From Leptolyngbyaceae cyanobacterium (lineage in GTDB: Bacteria; Cyanobacteriota; Cyanobacteriia; Phormidesmidales; Phormidesmidaceae): 64,000 nucleotides of DNA. The position numbers and the translations under genes are program-made. A model generated the notes under the pieces. The model saw only the letters and a program-made list of their open reading frames with translations. It was not told the DNA's origin and searched no databases. Position 1 is the first letter of the stretch; every line of letters begins with the position of its first letter. Positions 10,822 through 21,621 of the stretch are shown here, one piece after another. The stretch lies in the NCBI GenBank assembly GCA_050331235.1, contig JBHJHA010000032.1, positions 1-64,000 on the forward strand. The letters run 5' to 3'.

Positions 10822-11448
10822 TTAGAAAGGCAGTATTGCACTGGCATCGGCGACCTTATCCAGCTTGAACGGTCCATGAATTGCCCCCCATGTCGGCTTT
10901 GACGTAGCGGTATCAATACCTTTGTCATACATCCAAAAAGCGGCTGACTGTTGATTTGGGTGATGGGGAGCGATCGCATCAAAGGCTAACTCCACAGCCT
11001 TGACCTCGCCGTCGATGGTAAATTGACACCGTTCCCCTGGTGACTGCCTGGCTTCAAATCGCGTTGACGTCGAGGTCGACACCACGCGAACAAGTAACTG
11101 GCTATTGACTAAGGGCTGTACATCTTCGGAGCTGAGTTTTTGCAATTGTTCTGGCATTTGAGTAGCTCCTTGAAAAGCTAAGGGGTGCTTGAGGGCATGA
11201 TATTCAGCGCTCAGAGTGTCTGCCTCTTGACGAATTTGTAAAAGTCTCTGACGGTAGGGATCTTGCCGGTAGGCAGCGCTTGCCTGCTCGATTAAAAAGG
11301 TGATCCCGTCCTGGGGGAACAACTGAGTTGGGTAGCACCAAAGACGAATATGGACATACCAGGCGGGATCGGCTAGAGCCTGGGCCCGATTTTGAAAAGT
11401 GCCGGCCAATGTTCGACCTAGCAAATGAAATGCGTCATGGGAGTTCAT
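10822..11448 (-). CDS. CpcT/CpeT family phycobiliprotein lyase
   Basis: LAGTFQNRAQA, PYRQR and DKG...WGA.HGPF motifs. Confidence 0.88.
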   Translation of the reverse strand: MNSHDAFHLLGRTLAGTFQNRAQALADPAWYVHIRLWCYPTQLFPQDGITFLIEQASAAYRQDPYRQRLLQIRQEADTLSAEYHALKHPLAFQGATQMPEQLQKLSSEDVQPLVNSQLLVRVVSTSTSTRFEARQSPGERCQFTIDGEVKAVELAFDAIAPHHPNQQSAAFWMYDKGIDTATSKPTWGAIHGPFKLDKVADASAILPF

Positions 11449-11705
11449 AACAACCTTGTGAACTGATTAGTGAGGCTAAGGTTACTTTAGGATTTGGCGG
11501 CGGCAGGCCACAATTGGCCAACTGGCCGGAAACAGGATGTCGCGGGTAGACAATTCGGCATTGAGAAGTTGCCTGCTGACTACCCTGAGAATCTAATCTG
11601 CGAATCTGGGCAGCGGTCGCTACATAGTAGTCTGAGCGTCGCTGTATTGACAGGCCCAGTTGACGCTAAAGTGAATTGAAAGTGAAGTATGGCAAAGGTC
11701 GGAGT

Positions 11706-12413
11706 ATGAGCGAAGAAGTCACTGGAAAGATACTACTCGTCGATGACGAGGCTGGGCTCCGAGAGGCCGTACAAGCTTATTTGGAAGATACTGGATTCAT
11801 CGTAGAAGTCGCCAGTAACGCTACAGAAGGCTGGGAAAAACTACAGATGAGTACGCCGGATGTACTCATCTCCGACATTATGATGCCCCAGGTCGATGGC
11901 TATGAATTTCTGGCTCAAGTCAGAGAAGATCCGCGTTATAAGTCGTTGCCCGTTGTCTTTCTAACGGCTCGGGGCATGACGAGCGATCGCATCCAGGGTT
12001 ACAGCGCCGGCGTCGATGCCTATCTCCCAAAACCCTTTGATCCCGAAGAACTGGTGGCGATTGTCACCAATTTAATTGACCGGCAGGATGCGCGAACTCC
12101 TGAAGGAGGCAATTTACCAGACATCGCTGCTATGGCAAAGCAAATTGAAGAAATCAAAGCGCTATTGACCCAGAAGGGCAATATGGTGAAAACGTCTTCT
12201 CCAATTCGTATTGACTTCACTCCGAGGGAACAGGATGTGCTGAATCGAGTAGCGGAAGGGTTGATGAATAAAGAGATTGCCAGTCGCCTCGATACGAGTG
12301 TGCGCAATGTTGAAAAGTATGTCAGCCGTCTGTTCAGCAAAACGGGCACCAACAGCCGAACCGAGCTCGTCCGCTACGCCTTGGAACATGGGTTAGTCAC
12401 TGATGATGAATGA
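11706..12413 (+). CDS. NarL/LuxR family response regulator (Ycf29-like)
   Basis: REC domain (VDD, DIMMP, FLTA, KP) plus LuxR HTH TPREQDVL...GLMNKEIA. Confidence 0.92.
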   Translation: MSEEVTGKILLVDDEAGLREAVQAYLEDTGFIVEVASNATEGWEKLQMSTPDVLISDIMMPQVDGYEFLAQVREDPRYKSLPVVFLTARGMTSDRIQGYSAGVDAYLPKPFDPEELVAIVTNLIDRQDARTPEGGNLPDIAAMAKQIEEIKALLTQKGNMVKTSSPIRIDFTPREQDVLNRVAEGLMNKEIASRLDTSVRNVEKYVSRLFSKTGTNSRTELVRYALEHGLVTDDE

Positions 12414-12793
12414 CCGCAGTGAAGGATGTCTCCTGATCGACATCATTGCCGCTGCGTTTTTTCAACGGGATTTGCAGAATTGATTTACACAAACCGGAAG
12501 GTGAGTGTTAACGTGGAAGCTCTGTTGAATGTTGTCATCGGTCTGCAATAGCAAAACATGGGTTTTGCTGGCGAGGTTGCGAACTAGACCTGCATACAGC
12601 CTCAGATTGTGATCCCAAAATCATGAACTGTGTTCGTGATTTGTTACATAACGTTGATTGCGTTAATATTGAAATTTGTCGGGTGCATTCTGGTCTGCAC
12701 CTACAGTCCCTCCTCGTTAGGGCTGGCTAGCATACTGCCGCCTAGACTAGACCCAAGCTTTTGGGGTAGGCGCTTACCGGAATTACGTACTTT

Positions 12794-14125
12794 ATGTCTT
12801 TTGAATCTTTGGGCTTGTCTGCCAAGCTCCTGCGAGCGATCGCGGATGAGGGATATGAATCCCCTACACCTATTCAGTCCGAAGCTATTCCTGCAGTTTT
12901 AGCGGGACATGATTTGTTGGCTAGTGCCCAAACGGGCACAGGTAAAACGGCAAGCTTTACGCTGCCTATTCTCCATGTGCTGAGCGCGGCTGGTACAACC
13001 CGTAACCGCCAGCCACGCGCGCTGGTGCTGACTCCCACACGAGAGCTCGCAGCCCAAGTTGAAAACAGCATTAAGACCTACGGCAAATATATGCCGCTGC
13101 GGATTGCTTCCGTTTACGGCGGTACCCGTATGGGGCCACAGATTGCGCGACTTCGAAAAGGAGTCGACGTCTTGGTGGCCACGCCGGGGCGATTGCTCGA
13201 TCACATTGGTCAAGGAACCGTTGATTTGGCCTCTGTCAAAACTTTGGTGCTGGATGAAGCTGATCGAATGCTCGATATGGGGTTCATCCACGATATTCGC
13301 AAAATTATTGATCATGTTGCTAGCGATCGCCAAACCTTGCTCTTCTCAGCGACTTTTTCCCGTCAAATTAAGAAGTTGGCTGACGATCTGCTGAATCAGC
13401 CTAAGGTGATTGAAGTGGCTCGTACCAACACCGTGGCAGAGAACGTGACCCAGGTCGTTCACCCCGTTGATCGCCACCGCAAGCGAGAGCTGCTGTCTCA
13501 CATGATTGGCTCTAAAAACTGGCGGCGTGTCCTGGTCTTTACTCGCACCAAGCATGGCGCCAACCGTCTTGCTGAGCAACTCAAGAGCGATGGGCTTTCT
13601 TCTGACACGATTCATGGCAACAAGAGTCAGGGGGCGCGGGCAAGAGCTTTGGACTCTTTCAAGCGTGGCAAGGTGCGAGTGCTGGTGGCGACTGATGTTG
13701 CTGCCCGTGGCTTAGATATCGACGAACTGCCCCATGTCGTCAACTTTGATCTGCCCAATGTCGCTGAAGATTACGTCCATCGGATTGGCCGTACCGGCCG
13801 AGCAGGGAATGAAGGTGATGCGGTTTCGTTGGTCTGTGTGGATGAGCATTATCTGCTGCGCAATATTGAGCGATTGCTCAAGCGGGATATTCCGTCGACT
13901 GTAATCCCTGGTTATGAACCTGATCCAACTATTGAGCCCCAGCCCATTCCGGGAGCCAAACGTCCTTCTAATCGGCGAGGGGGTGGACGTTCAGGCAATC
14001 GTGGACCGGCAAGACGATCTGATCGAGGACGACGATCTCGACCCTCAGGATCTTCAAATCGCTCAAAGTCAGCGCCGATTACGAAAAGGGCTTCTAACTC
14101 TAAGCCGGCAAAAAGCAGCCGTTGA
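12794..14125 (+). CDS. rhlE: DEAD-box RNA helicase (RhlE/CrhC type)
   Basis: Q motif, [29 protein letters not shown] and a basic tail. Confidence 0.93.
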   Translation: MSFESLGLSAKLLRAIADEGYESPTPIQSEAIPAVLAGHDLLASAQTGTGKTASFTLPILHVLSAAGTTRNRQPRALVLTPTRELAAQVENSIKTYGKYMPLRIASVYGGTRMGPQIARLRKGVDVLVATPGRLLDHIGQGTVDLASVKTLVLDEADRMLDMGFIHDIRKIIDHVASDRQTLLFSATFSRQIKKLADDLLNQPKVIEVARTNTVAENVTQVVHPVDRHRKRELLSHMIGSKNWRRVLVFTRTKHGANRLAEQLKSDGLSSDTIHGNKSQGARARALDSFKRGKVRVLVATDVAARGLDIDELPHVVNFDLPNVAEDYVHRIGRTGRAGNEGDAVSLVCVDEHYLLRNIERLLKRDIPSTVIPGYEPDPTIEPQPIPGAKRPSNRRGGGRSGNRGPARRSDRGRRSRPSGSSNRSKSAPITKRASNSKPAKSSR

Positions 14126-14156
14126 GAGCTAGTGCGATAACACGCTCGTATTAAAG

Positions 14157-14194
14157 AACCCCCCGACTGAATCTGTGGATCTGGTCGGGGGGTT
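14157..14194. terminator. Hairpin between convergent genes, likely bidirectional terminator
   Basis: AACCCCCCGAC/GTCGGGGGGTT 11-bp arms. Confidence 0.7.
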
Positions 14195-14258
14195 AAGTTT
14201 GGAGCAATTTTGGCGTAGTGCATCTCGTGGAGTGGAGTGCTCCTGCATCGTACCCCAT

Positions 14259-14939
14259 CTACCGACGACCCAGCAGTAGAAAGACGTAGTACAGCAGGTT
14301 GAGCAGCGCATAGAATGCTGTTGCTACATAGGTAAACGCCGCTGCCTGTAAAACTGCCCGCGCTCCGCGGTTTTCTTCGCCTTGGAGGATGCCATATTCA
14401 TCAATCAGCCTCAGTGCTCGCTTCGAAGCGTCAAACTCTACAGGCAGGGTGACCAAATGAAATAGTAAAACCGCTGCGAAGAAAATAATTCCGAGCCAGG
14501 CTAAGCCAATAAAATTGAGAATGAGGCCAGCAATAATTAAAATTGGCCCAAGTCGTGAACCAAGGTTGACTGCAGGTACCAGGCTGGCCCTTAGGTTCAT
14601 AAACTTGTAGTCATCAACATCTTGTAAAACATGACCGCATTCATGGGCTGCCACCGCCGCTGCCGCCAGAGAAGTTGAATTGTAGATGCCCTGTGAGAGT
14701 CGCACGGCTTTTGCGCTGGGGTCGTAGTGGTCGGTTAGTTCTCCAGCAACTTGCTCAACGCTGACGCCCTGGACTCCCATTTTGGACAAAATTGTTCGAG
14801 CTACTTGAGCCCCGGTCATCCCCATCGTGGAAGGAACTTGTGAGTATCGCCGATAGGTTCCCTTGACTTTGTTTTGAGCCCAGAGGGTCAACAACATGCC
14901 AGGCACCATCAACAAAAGATAGGTTGGATCGAAGAACAT
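14259..14939 (-). CDS. Neutral zinc metallopeptidase (YugP family)
   Basis: LTDHYDP, AAHECGH and TLPVEFDAS motifs. Confidence 0.92.
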   Translation of the reverse strand: MFFDPTYLLLMVPGMLLTLWAQNKVKGTYRRYSQVPSTMGMTGAQVARTILSKMGVQGVSVEQVAGELTDHYDPSAKAVRLSQGIYNSTSLAAAAVAAHECGHVLQDVDDYKFMNLRASLVPAVNLGSRLGPILIIAGLILNFIGLAWLGIIFFAAVLLFHLVTLPVEFDASKRALRLIDEYGILQGEENRGARAVLQAAAFTYVATAFYALLNLLYYVFLLLGRR

Positions 14940-15169
14940 GGTGGTTTTCCCAGAATCGCAGGATAGATATCAACACGGCGGTGATCTGACAGCTCGCTAG
15001 TGCTAGCCAGCGACCAACTGCTTTTTCCTTCTAAAGAAGGATGCGCTTATATCATGCCAAACAAGTTGGTTCATTTGCCTTGAGGTTTAGCAATTTATTA
15101 ATGCTGACCTGTGAAACCGGGATAAACGGCAGTCTCTCCATTGGTCCCTGAGCTATGACGGGTAGCTCC

Positions 15170-15652
15170 CTACGGTGCAATCTTTTGAATGATTGACAGT
15201 GTTTTGAAGTATTGCTCAAGTTGCTCCTGTTGACGAAAGAGTTGAGCCGCTGTCCAGAGATCTTGAACACCGGGAGTCAACTCTCCTTTTAACGCTCTTG
15301 CTAGACCACGACCACCGTAGGCGGCAGCAAGTTCATCGTCTAATGCGATCGCGGCATTATAATCGGCAATGGCGGCATCATAGTTTTCTTGATTACCCAA
15401 AGCTCCGGCCCGAGCACTATAGGCTACTGCCAAAGCCGGATTGAGGCGGATTGCTTCACTGTAAAGCGCGATCGCGGCCTCGAGGTGACCTTTTTCATAT
15501 TGCAAGACCCCTTGCCGATAATAAGTCTCGGCTTGGATCTGAGCTGAAGATGCAATCGTAGTCTCTGCGATCACAGGGTTGATGACCACGGCGACAGAAC
15601 TCAGCGTTAAGCCCCCGATTAGGCCAGCGGTCAGAAGGATCTGGGAAATCAT
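15170..15652 (-). CDS. Exported TPR protein
   Basis: Hydrophobic N-terminus followed by about three TPR repeats. Confidence 0.82.
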   Translation of the reverse strand: MISQILLTAGLIGGLTLSSVAVVINPVIAETTIASSAQIQAETYYRQGVLQYEKGHLEAAIALYSEAIRLNPALAVAYSARAGALGNQENYDAAIADYNAAIALDDELAAAYGGRGLARALKGELTPGVQDLWTAAQLFRQQEQLEQYFKTLSIIQKIAP

Positions 15653-15854
15653 GGTTAAGCTTTGGTTAAGTCAGTCCTAGCTTAACGACAGAAACAACGA
15701 AACAGGAAATTCGTTACGAACTGCAAATGAATGTGCAGCTAAAGCAGCAAACTTTGGGCTAGTGTATTTTCAGAGGCTTGATCTTATGAATTAGTCCAGT
15801 TTCACACGATATTCTTCAGTCGTCACAAGACACTGCTTGATGGATCCCTTGGAC

Positions 15855-18227
15855 TCAGTAATGACGAGATGTGTAATGTTTCGACAGCAGCGCCTCTGCT
15901 TCCAATGGGGATAATGGTTGCGAAAACCAGTAGCCTTGACCGAACAGGCAGCCTTGTTCAAGCAAAAATTGAGCCTGATGAGGAGTTTCGATGCCTTCCG
16001 CTACGACATCCAACTCCATATTCCTGCCCAAGGCCAAAATAGTCTTAATAATTTCTTGATTGTCTGGATTGTTGTCCAAATTAGAGACAAATGACTTGTC
16101 AATTTTGAGTACATCCTTAGGAAAGCGTAATAAATAGCTCAAGGAGGAATAACCAGTCCCAAAATCATCCATTGCAACTTGAATGTTTTTAGCCTTGAGC
16201 TGTTTCAAAATTTCTAATGCCATCACTTCATTTTGCATCAATGCACTTTCAGTGATTTCAATCCGCAGTTGGTCAGGGGGTAAACCTGTACTTAAAAGGA
16301 TATGTTCGATCTGTTCCGTGAGGCCGTGCTGGTTAAACTGTCGCGCAGATAAATTGATGCTGATATTGCAATTTTTCGCCATTTGAGGCCATCGCAATAG
16401 CCACTCATGCCACTGTTCACAGGCTTGCTGAATGACCCATTCCCCAATTGATAAAATCAGCCCAGTGCGCTCGGCAATGGGAATGAACTTAGCTGGGGAT
16501 AAAACGCCTTGGACTGGATCGTGCCAGCGAATGAGCGCCTCAAAACCCCGGAACTCATGGCTGAGCAAATTGAAAATTGGTTGATATACCAAGTTGAATT
16601 CACGACGATGTAGCGCCCGTCGGAGATCATTTTCGAGCTGTAGACGCTGCTTGACCTCGGTGTGCATCGTCCAGTTGAAAATTTGATAGCTGTTGCGACC
16701 TTTGGCTTTGGCTTGATACATGGCGGTATCAGCGTCCCTCAATAATTGAGAGGCATCGTTATAGTTTGGAGTATCAATCACAATGCCAATACAGGAACTC
16801 ACAAAGATATCTTGGGACTCCAAGGTAATGGCTTGCTGTAAGACTGATTGAATGTCTTCTACAACGGCCAAAATATCTTCAACATTGGCAATATCTTCGA
16901 GTAGGATGGCAAACTCATCACCGCTGGTCCGGGCTAACGTATCGCCAACCCGAAGACATTGACCCAGGCGACTGGCAACCACCTGTAATAGGAAGTCACC
17001 GGCATCATGGCCAAGACTATCATTAACAATTCTAAAGTCATCTAGATCGAGAAACAGAACGGCAAAGTCTCCGATCTCATCGGGATGTTCAGGACCTTGA
17101 TTACGGTGAGCTATCTGTCTAGCATGGTTGAGTCGGTCAAGAAATAAGGCTCGATTGGGAAGGCCAGTGAGCCCGTCATGAAAGGCATCATGACGCAATT
17201 GCTCCTCAATCCGTCGCCGCTGTTCCAGTTCGTGCTGTACTTGCGCAAATAATTTGGCCTGATAGATGGCGATCGCACATTGCTCACCAACGGCCTGCAC
17301 TAACGAAAGTTCGACCTCGTTCCAAACTCGGCGGTGATGTATTTGTAGAAAACTCAGGGATCCGAAAAACTCCTGCTGATGGCCTAACCGCAGCACCAAA
17401 GCCGATGCCAACCCATGCTGCTCTAAAACCTTGGCCACGAAATCAATATTGTGTTCGTGGTCACGATACATAATAACGGGCTGACGATGGGCCTTGAGAA
17501 CTGATTCGAAGTGTCCCGACAGCTTGCAGGCGGCATCACACGCATTCGCCTGACCAGCAGTGCCAGCATTTATATACTGTTCAAGGAGCTGTTGCTCAGC
17601 TAGCGGCTTGACAAAAACGCAATGGTCAACATGCAGGGCCTGTTGCAGGTGGTCAACTGTGATTTGCAGCATTTCTTCGAGGACAAGCGTTTCGCGGATC
17701 GCCTGAAAAATTTGATTCAAGACTGATTCGCGCCAGGCTTGCTGTTCCAGCTGTTCTACGGCGGTTTGCTGTTGCCGCTTGAGCTCAGCTTCAGCCAGCG
17801 CTCGCCGCAGCACCGTTGGTAACCGGTACAACCGATCTTTCAGTACATAGTCGGTCATGCCGGTCTTGATACATTCAACGGCAGCTTCTTCCCCAAGACT
17901 ACCTGTGACTAAAATAAACGGTAGCAGTGGTTGCTGTTGGTGGATTGCCTCAAAAATATCGGGCGCCTGGAGACCAGGTAGTCGATAATCAGCTAAAACC
18001 GCATCGAAGCGATACTGAGATAGAAACTGTTCACACTGCTTGAGGGAGTCGGCGGTCGCAATTTCACAATCAACACCGGCAGCCTCTAATGACAACTCGA
18101 TGAGTTCGACATCTTCTTGGACATCTTCCACAATCAGCAAACGCAACGGGGCGGAAGCTGCAATTAACTCATTGGCATTAGAAACATCAGTTACGACTCT
18201 CCCGCCAGAGAGGAAACGATTTGCCAT
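15855..18227 (-). CDS. REC-GAF-GGDEF-EAL c-di-GMP signalling protein
   Basis: REC (VED, DYRLP), GAF, HDGLTGLPNR, SGDEF, EALIRW and DDFGTGYSS motifs. Confidence 0.93.
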   Translation of the reverse strand: MANRFLSGGRVVTDVSNANELIAASAPLRLLIVEDVQEDVELIELSLEAAGVDCEIATADSLKQCEQFLSQYRFDAVLADYRLPGLQAPDIFEAIHQQQPLLPFILVTGSLGEEAAVECIKTGMTDYVLKDRLYRLPTVLRRALAEAELKRQQQTAVEQLEQQAWRESVLNQIFQAIRETLVLEEMLQITVDHLQQALHVDHCVFVKPLAEQQLLEQYINAGTAGQANACDAACKLSGHFESVLKAHRQPVIMYRDHEHNIDFVAKVLEQHGLASALVLRLGHQQEFFGSLSFLQIHHRRVWNEVELSLVQAVGEQCAIAIYQAKLFAQVQHELEQRRRIEEQLRHDAFHDGLTGLPNRALFLDRLNHARQIAHRNQGPEHPDEIGDFAVLFLDLDDFRIVNDSLGHDAGDFLLQVVASRLGQCLRVGDTLARTSGDEFAILLEDIANVEDILAVVEDIQSVLQQAITLESQDIFVSSCIGIVIDTPNYNDASQLLRDADTAMYQAKAKGRNSYQIFNWTMHTEVKQRLQLENDLRRALHRREFNLVYQPIFNLLSHEFRGFEALIRWHDPVQGVLSPAKFIPIAERTGLILSIGEWVIQQACEQWHEWLLRWPQMAKNCNISINLSARQFNQHGLTEQIEHILLSTGLPPDQLRIEITESALMQNEVMALEILKQLKAKNIQVAMDDFGTGYSSLSYLLRFPKDVLKIDKSFVSNLDNNPDNQEIIKTILALGRNMELDVVAEGIETPHQAQFLLEQGCLFGQGYWFSQPLSPLEAEALLSKHYTSRHY

Positions 18228-18266
18228 GAATGCAGAGGTCCCCTAGTCTACTCTCAATAATTCCCG

Positions 18267-18713
18267 TCAGGATGTTGAAACGCTATAAGGAGAGTTTATT
18301 CTCATCCAGTAATTCCCAATGAACTTGGCGAAATCCTGAAACTCCTGAAACTCTAATGGTTTAACTACGTAGCTGTTAACGCCTAGATTGTAACAATCTT
18401 GCAGATCGCGATCCTCTGATGATGATGTCATGATAACAACCGGAAGGAACTGAGTCTTGGCATTTTGTCGAATTGCTCGTAAAACCTCGATGCCGGTGAG
18501 CTTTGGTAATTTGAGATCCATCAATACAAATTGAGGTAAGGGAGTGACGGGTGCGCGTTCCGATGAACCGACTAAATAGTCGATCGCCTGAGCGCCATCG
18601 GTCAAAACATCGAGCGTGTTGATAAAGCTGAGACCCTGAATAGCAAGCTGAATAAGCTCAATATCATTGGGATCATCATCTACAAGCAGCATTTTGCGAG
18701 AATCTATGGTCAT
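18267..18713 (-). CDS. Single-domain response regulator (Rcp1-like)
   Basis: VDDDPND, MDLKLPK, MTSS and NSYVVKP...YW motifs. Confidence 0.92.
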   Translation of the reverse strand: MTIDSRKMLLVDDDPNDIELIQLAIQGLSFINTLDVLTDGAQAIDYLVGSSERAPVTPLPQFVLMDLKLPKLTGIEVLRAIRQNAKTQFLPVVIMTSSSEDRDLQDCYNLGVNSYVVKPLEFQEFQDFAKFIGNYWMRINSPYSVSTS

Positions 18714-19392
18714 TTTCGATTTACAGGAACGATTTTCACAGGAAACACTCCCAAGCTAGGTCAATGAATGAGTCATTTAGGGACTTTGGATAGGTTATCC
18801 GCTATAAATTCATCAGTACGACAGAGCTTTGTGAAGTACTAATTAATACATATAGATACAGGGATTGATCGGGGCAATCCGCACAGCTTGTCAAGCGTTC
18901 ATAATTCCACCAAGGGATTTTAATATGAGGGGCTTTATTTTTACTGTGAGCGTACGTCTATAGCGCAGTGAGTCAGCGCACTGAAGAATCCGTTGATTGC
19001 TCGGTTGAGGCGGCAATATCAATCCTAGCGATCGTGGGCTAGCGACCGAAGACGAGGAAATGGCTGCTTCAGGTTGTCAAGAACGACGGTCCTGTAGGTT
19101 TTGTGAATGTTGAGGTGGTGAAACAAATGCGACGGCTTGGGGTCAGAGGATGATGCAGCAGTACTCAGTTGAAGTCGGGCTGAAGAAACTCGTCATCTTG
19201 CGAGCTGATTTGCCTCCGCCTAGAGAAAGGCTTTAGACTCTGCTGCTATGTGACGGTCAACCATGGCGATACATCAGTGAGTTGTTGCGTTGCGTTGAGC
19301 CGAGACTGAGAAAAGGAGAATGCGTTCTCGTTGTCAATACTGTCGTTGATGCAGGGGCTGGGATATTGCTTTGGGCTGGCGAGTGGTTAGGG

Positions 19393-20511
19393 TCAAGGGG
19401 GGGGCGGGGTCCGTAGCTGGCCGGCCTGTACCGTGTAAACCTGTGAGGCCTCTAGCCAAGTTGAATCAAACATGCCTAGATGTGTAGTGGTGATGAGCGT
19501 CTGAAAGCGATCACCGATCACCTCTAAAAGTTGGTTTTGCCGTTTCAGGTCCAGCTCTGCGAGGACGTCGTCTAGCAGCAATAGGGGTGGCTCGCCTACG
19601 ACTGTTTCGATTAGTTCTAGTTCGGCGAGTTTGAGGGCGAGGACGAGAGTCCGCTGCTGCCCTTGGGAGCCGTATTGGCGTGCTGGAGTACCGTTGATAG
19701 AGAAGTCGATATCGTCGCGGTGGGGGCCCACTAAGCTCGTACGTTGATGGCGTTCCGCGATCGCCCGCTGCTGAATTTTGCTCAAGAAAGCGGTTTGAAT
19801 GGCCTGCGGATTGTCCTCCGCCAAGGGGACGTTGGGCACGTAATTCAACCGCAGGATTTCGGTATTGCCGCTGATGGCGCTGTGCCAATGCTCAGCAATC
19901 GTCGCTAAACGCAGCAGCCCTCGCGATCGCCGCCGGATTACTCGGGTCCCGAGTGTTGCTAGCTGAGCGTCCCAGAGGGCCAGTTGCGTAGTATCTGGGG
20001 CGGGGACGTCCTGTTTGAGAAATGCATTGCGCTGCTTTAGCGCTTGCTGATATTGCCCAAGAATGTAAGCGTAGATTGGCTCCAGCTGCATCAATAGAGT
20101 GTCGAGCCAACTGCGTCTTTGGCCTGGGCCACCACGTACCAGATCTAAATCTAAGCTAGAAAACTGGACGGCATTTAGAGCGCCGAGAAAATCCATCTGA
20201 CGGCGCAGCTTTTCTCCACTCCGAATAACAGTGCGGCGACCCTGGTCGCGCAGCAAAATGGCCACGTCGAGGGGGCTCACATCTCGTTTGATAGCGGCGG
20301 TGACATGGGCGCTGGCAAACCCATCTTGGATGAGGTCGCGATCGCGGCTCGTCCGATGCGATTTCAGCGTAGCGAGGAGCTCAACGGACTCCAACAAATT
20401 CGACTTGCCTTGGGCATTTTCGCCCAGCAGGATCGTTTTGGGAGCCTCAAAGTCAACTCGCTGGGTCTCGTAGTTGCGGAAGTGCCTCAGTTCTAAAGTT
20501 TTGAGGAACAT
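19393..20511 (-). CDS. recF: DNA replication/repair protein RecF
   Basis: [25 protein letters not shown] and [11 protein letters not shown] motifs. Confidence 0.97.
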   Translation of the reverse strand: MFLKTLELRHFRNYETQRVDFEAPKTILLGENAQGKSNLLESVELLATLKSHRTSRDRDLIQDGFASAHVTAAIKRDVSPLDVAILLRDQGRRTVIRSGEKLRRQMDFLGALNAVQFSSLDLDLVRGGPGQRRSWLDTLLMQLEPIYAYILGQYQQALKQRNAFLKQDVPAPDTTQLALWDAQLATLGTRVIRRRSRGLLRLATIAEHWHSAISGNTEILRLNYVPNVPLAEDNPQAIQTAFLSKIQQRAIAERHQRTSLVGPHRDDIDFSINGTPARQYGSQGQQRTLVLALKLAELELIETVVGEPPLLLLDDVLAELDLKRQNQLLEVIGDRFQTLITTTHLGMFDSTWLEASQVYTVQAGQLRTPPPP

Positions 20512-20580
20512 GAAGAACGCTGCTAGCCCGTATCGGTTATCGGTTTAGCGTAAGCCAGCTTGGCCCGCTGATAAAGTCGG

Positions 20581-21621
20581 CTACGACAGAGAGGTGCTAG
20601 CGGCAGTCAAGCCAGGGGCTTTTTTAATCAGCAGTTGCGCGGCAGCATCGGCGCTATATCCGCTAATGTCAATTTTAGGAATTGCCTTTTGCCGTCGCTC
20701 CAAGTCGTAACGGTAAGTGCGATCGTAGTAGTCGAGCACAATTTTACAGACTTCACGCGGTGACTCCTGGCGAATAAGGTCGATTGCAGTTTGGGTGCGT
20801 TGCCCCCCCAAGCGCTTACGAATCCGTTCGGTCGCGGCGATCAGTTCGCCCCGGTCGGTGTCGCCATACACGTCAACTAAAATATCTAGGCGCTCTTCTA
20901 ACGATCTGACTACCTCTAAAGTCGGAGCCGCCTCCATCTGTGCAAACAGCTCACTGGGGACGCGACAAGTGCCCACGCGTTTACTTTCTGCCTCAATCCA
21001 TACGGGTCGGTCAGGGCTAAGTACGGCAAGGCGATCGCCAATCAGGTTTTCGAACTGCTCTGTACTCGGCTGCGGCGGTAAGTCTAAGCTGCCAAAGCTA
21101 CTGCCTCGATGGTTGGCCAGCCCTTCCAAATCGAGCACTTGCTCGCCGCGGTGGGCCAAAGCGTGGAGGATATGGGTCTTTCCCGTACCGGTCATGCCAC
21201 CCAGCACGAGGATGGGGCGCGGGGCCCTGAAAAGTTGCCGCACATAGCGGCGAAAAGATTTGTAACCGCCATTTAGTGTGGTGACCTGGAAACCCGCCAT
21301 CTGTAATCCCCAGGCCACCCCGCCGCTGCGCATGCCGCCCCGCCAACAATGCACTCGCAACTGCCGTTCTGGGGCGATCGCTTTGGCCTGGCGCACTAAG
21401 TCCCCAAGCTTGGGCCCTAAAAGGTCAAAGCCGAGCTCTACGGCAGCATCCCGACCCTGGTGTTTGTAGCAGGTGCCCACTTGGGCTCGCTCACCGTCCG
21501 AAAAGAGGGGATAGCTAATGGCACCTGGGATCCGCCCTTGGTCATATTCGCTGGGGCTACGTACATCTAACAGGGGCCCCGGAGCCGTTAAAAAGTCTGC
21601 AATATCGACACTATTTACCAT
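20581..21621 (-). CDS. mnmH: tRNA 2-selenouridine synthase (SelU)
   Basis: Rhodanese DVRSPSE and CWRGGMRS, P-loop GMTGTGKT, LANHRGSSFG; overlaps the selD stop by 7 nt. Confidence 0.95.
   Translation of the reverse strand: MVNSVDIADFLTAPGPLLDVRSPSEYDQGRIPGAISYPLFSDGERAQVGTCYKHQGRDAAVELGFDLLGPKLGDLVRQAKAIAPERQLRVHCWRGGMRSGGVAWGLQMAGFQVTTLNGGYKSFRRYVRQLFRAPRPILVLGGMTGTGKTHILHALAHRGEQVLDLEGLANHRGSSFGSLDLPPQPSTEQFENLIGDRLAVLSPDRPVWIEAESKRVGTCRVPSELFAQMEAAPTLEVVRSLEERLDILVDVYGDTDRGELIAATERIRKRLGGQRTQTAIDLIRQESPREVCKIVLDYYDRTYRYDLERRQKAIPKIDISGYSADAAAQLLIKKAPGLTAASTSLS

Noticed and set aside
18836..18849. NtcA box GTA-N8-TAC
   Set aside because: The match is exact, but there is no TAN3T -10 box at the usual spacing on either strand and the 6-bp pattern is common by chance.
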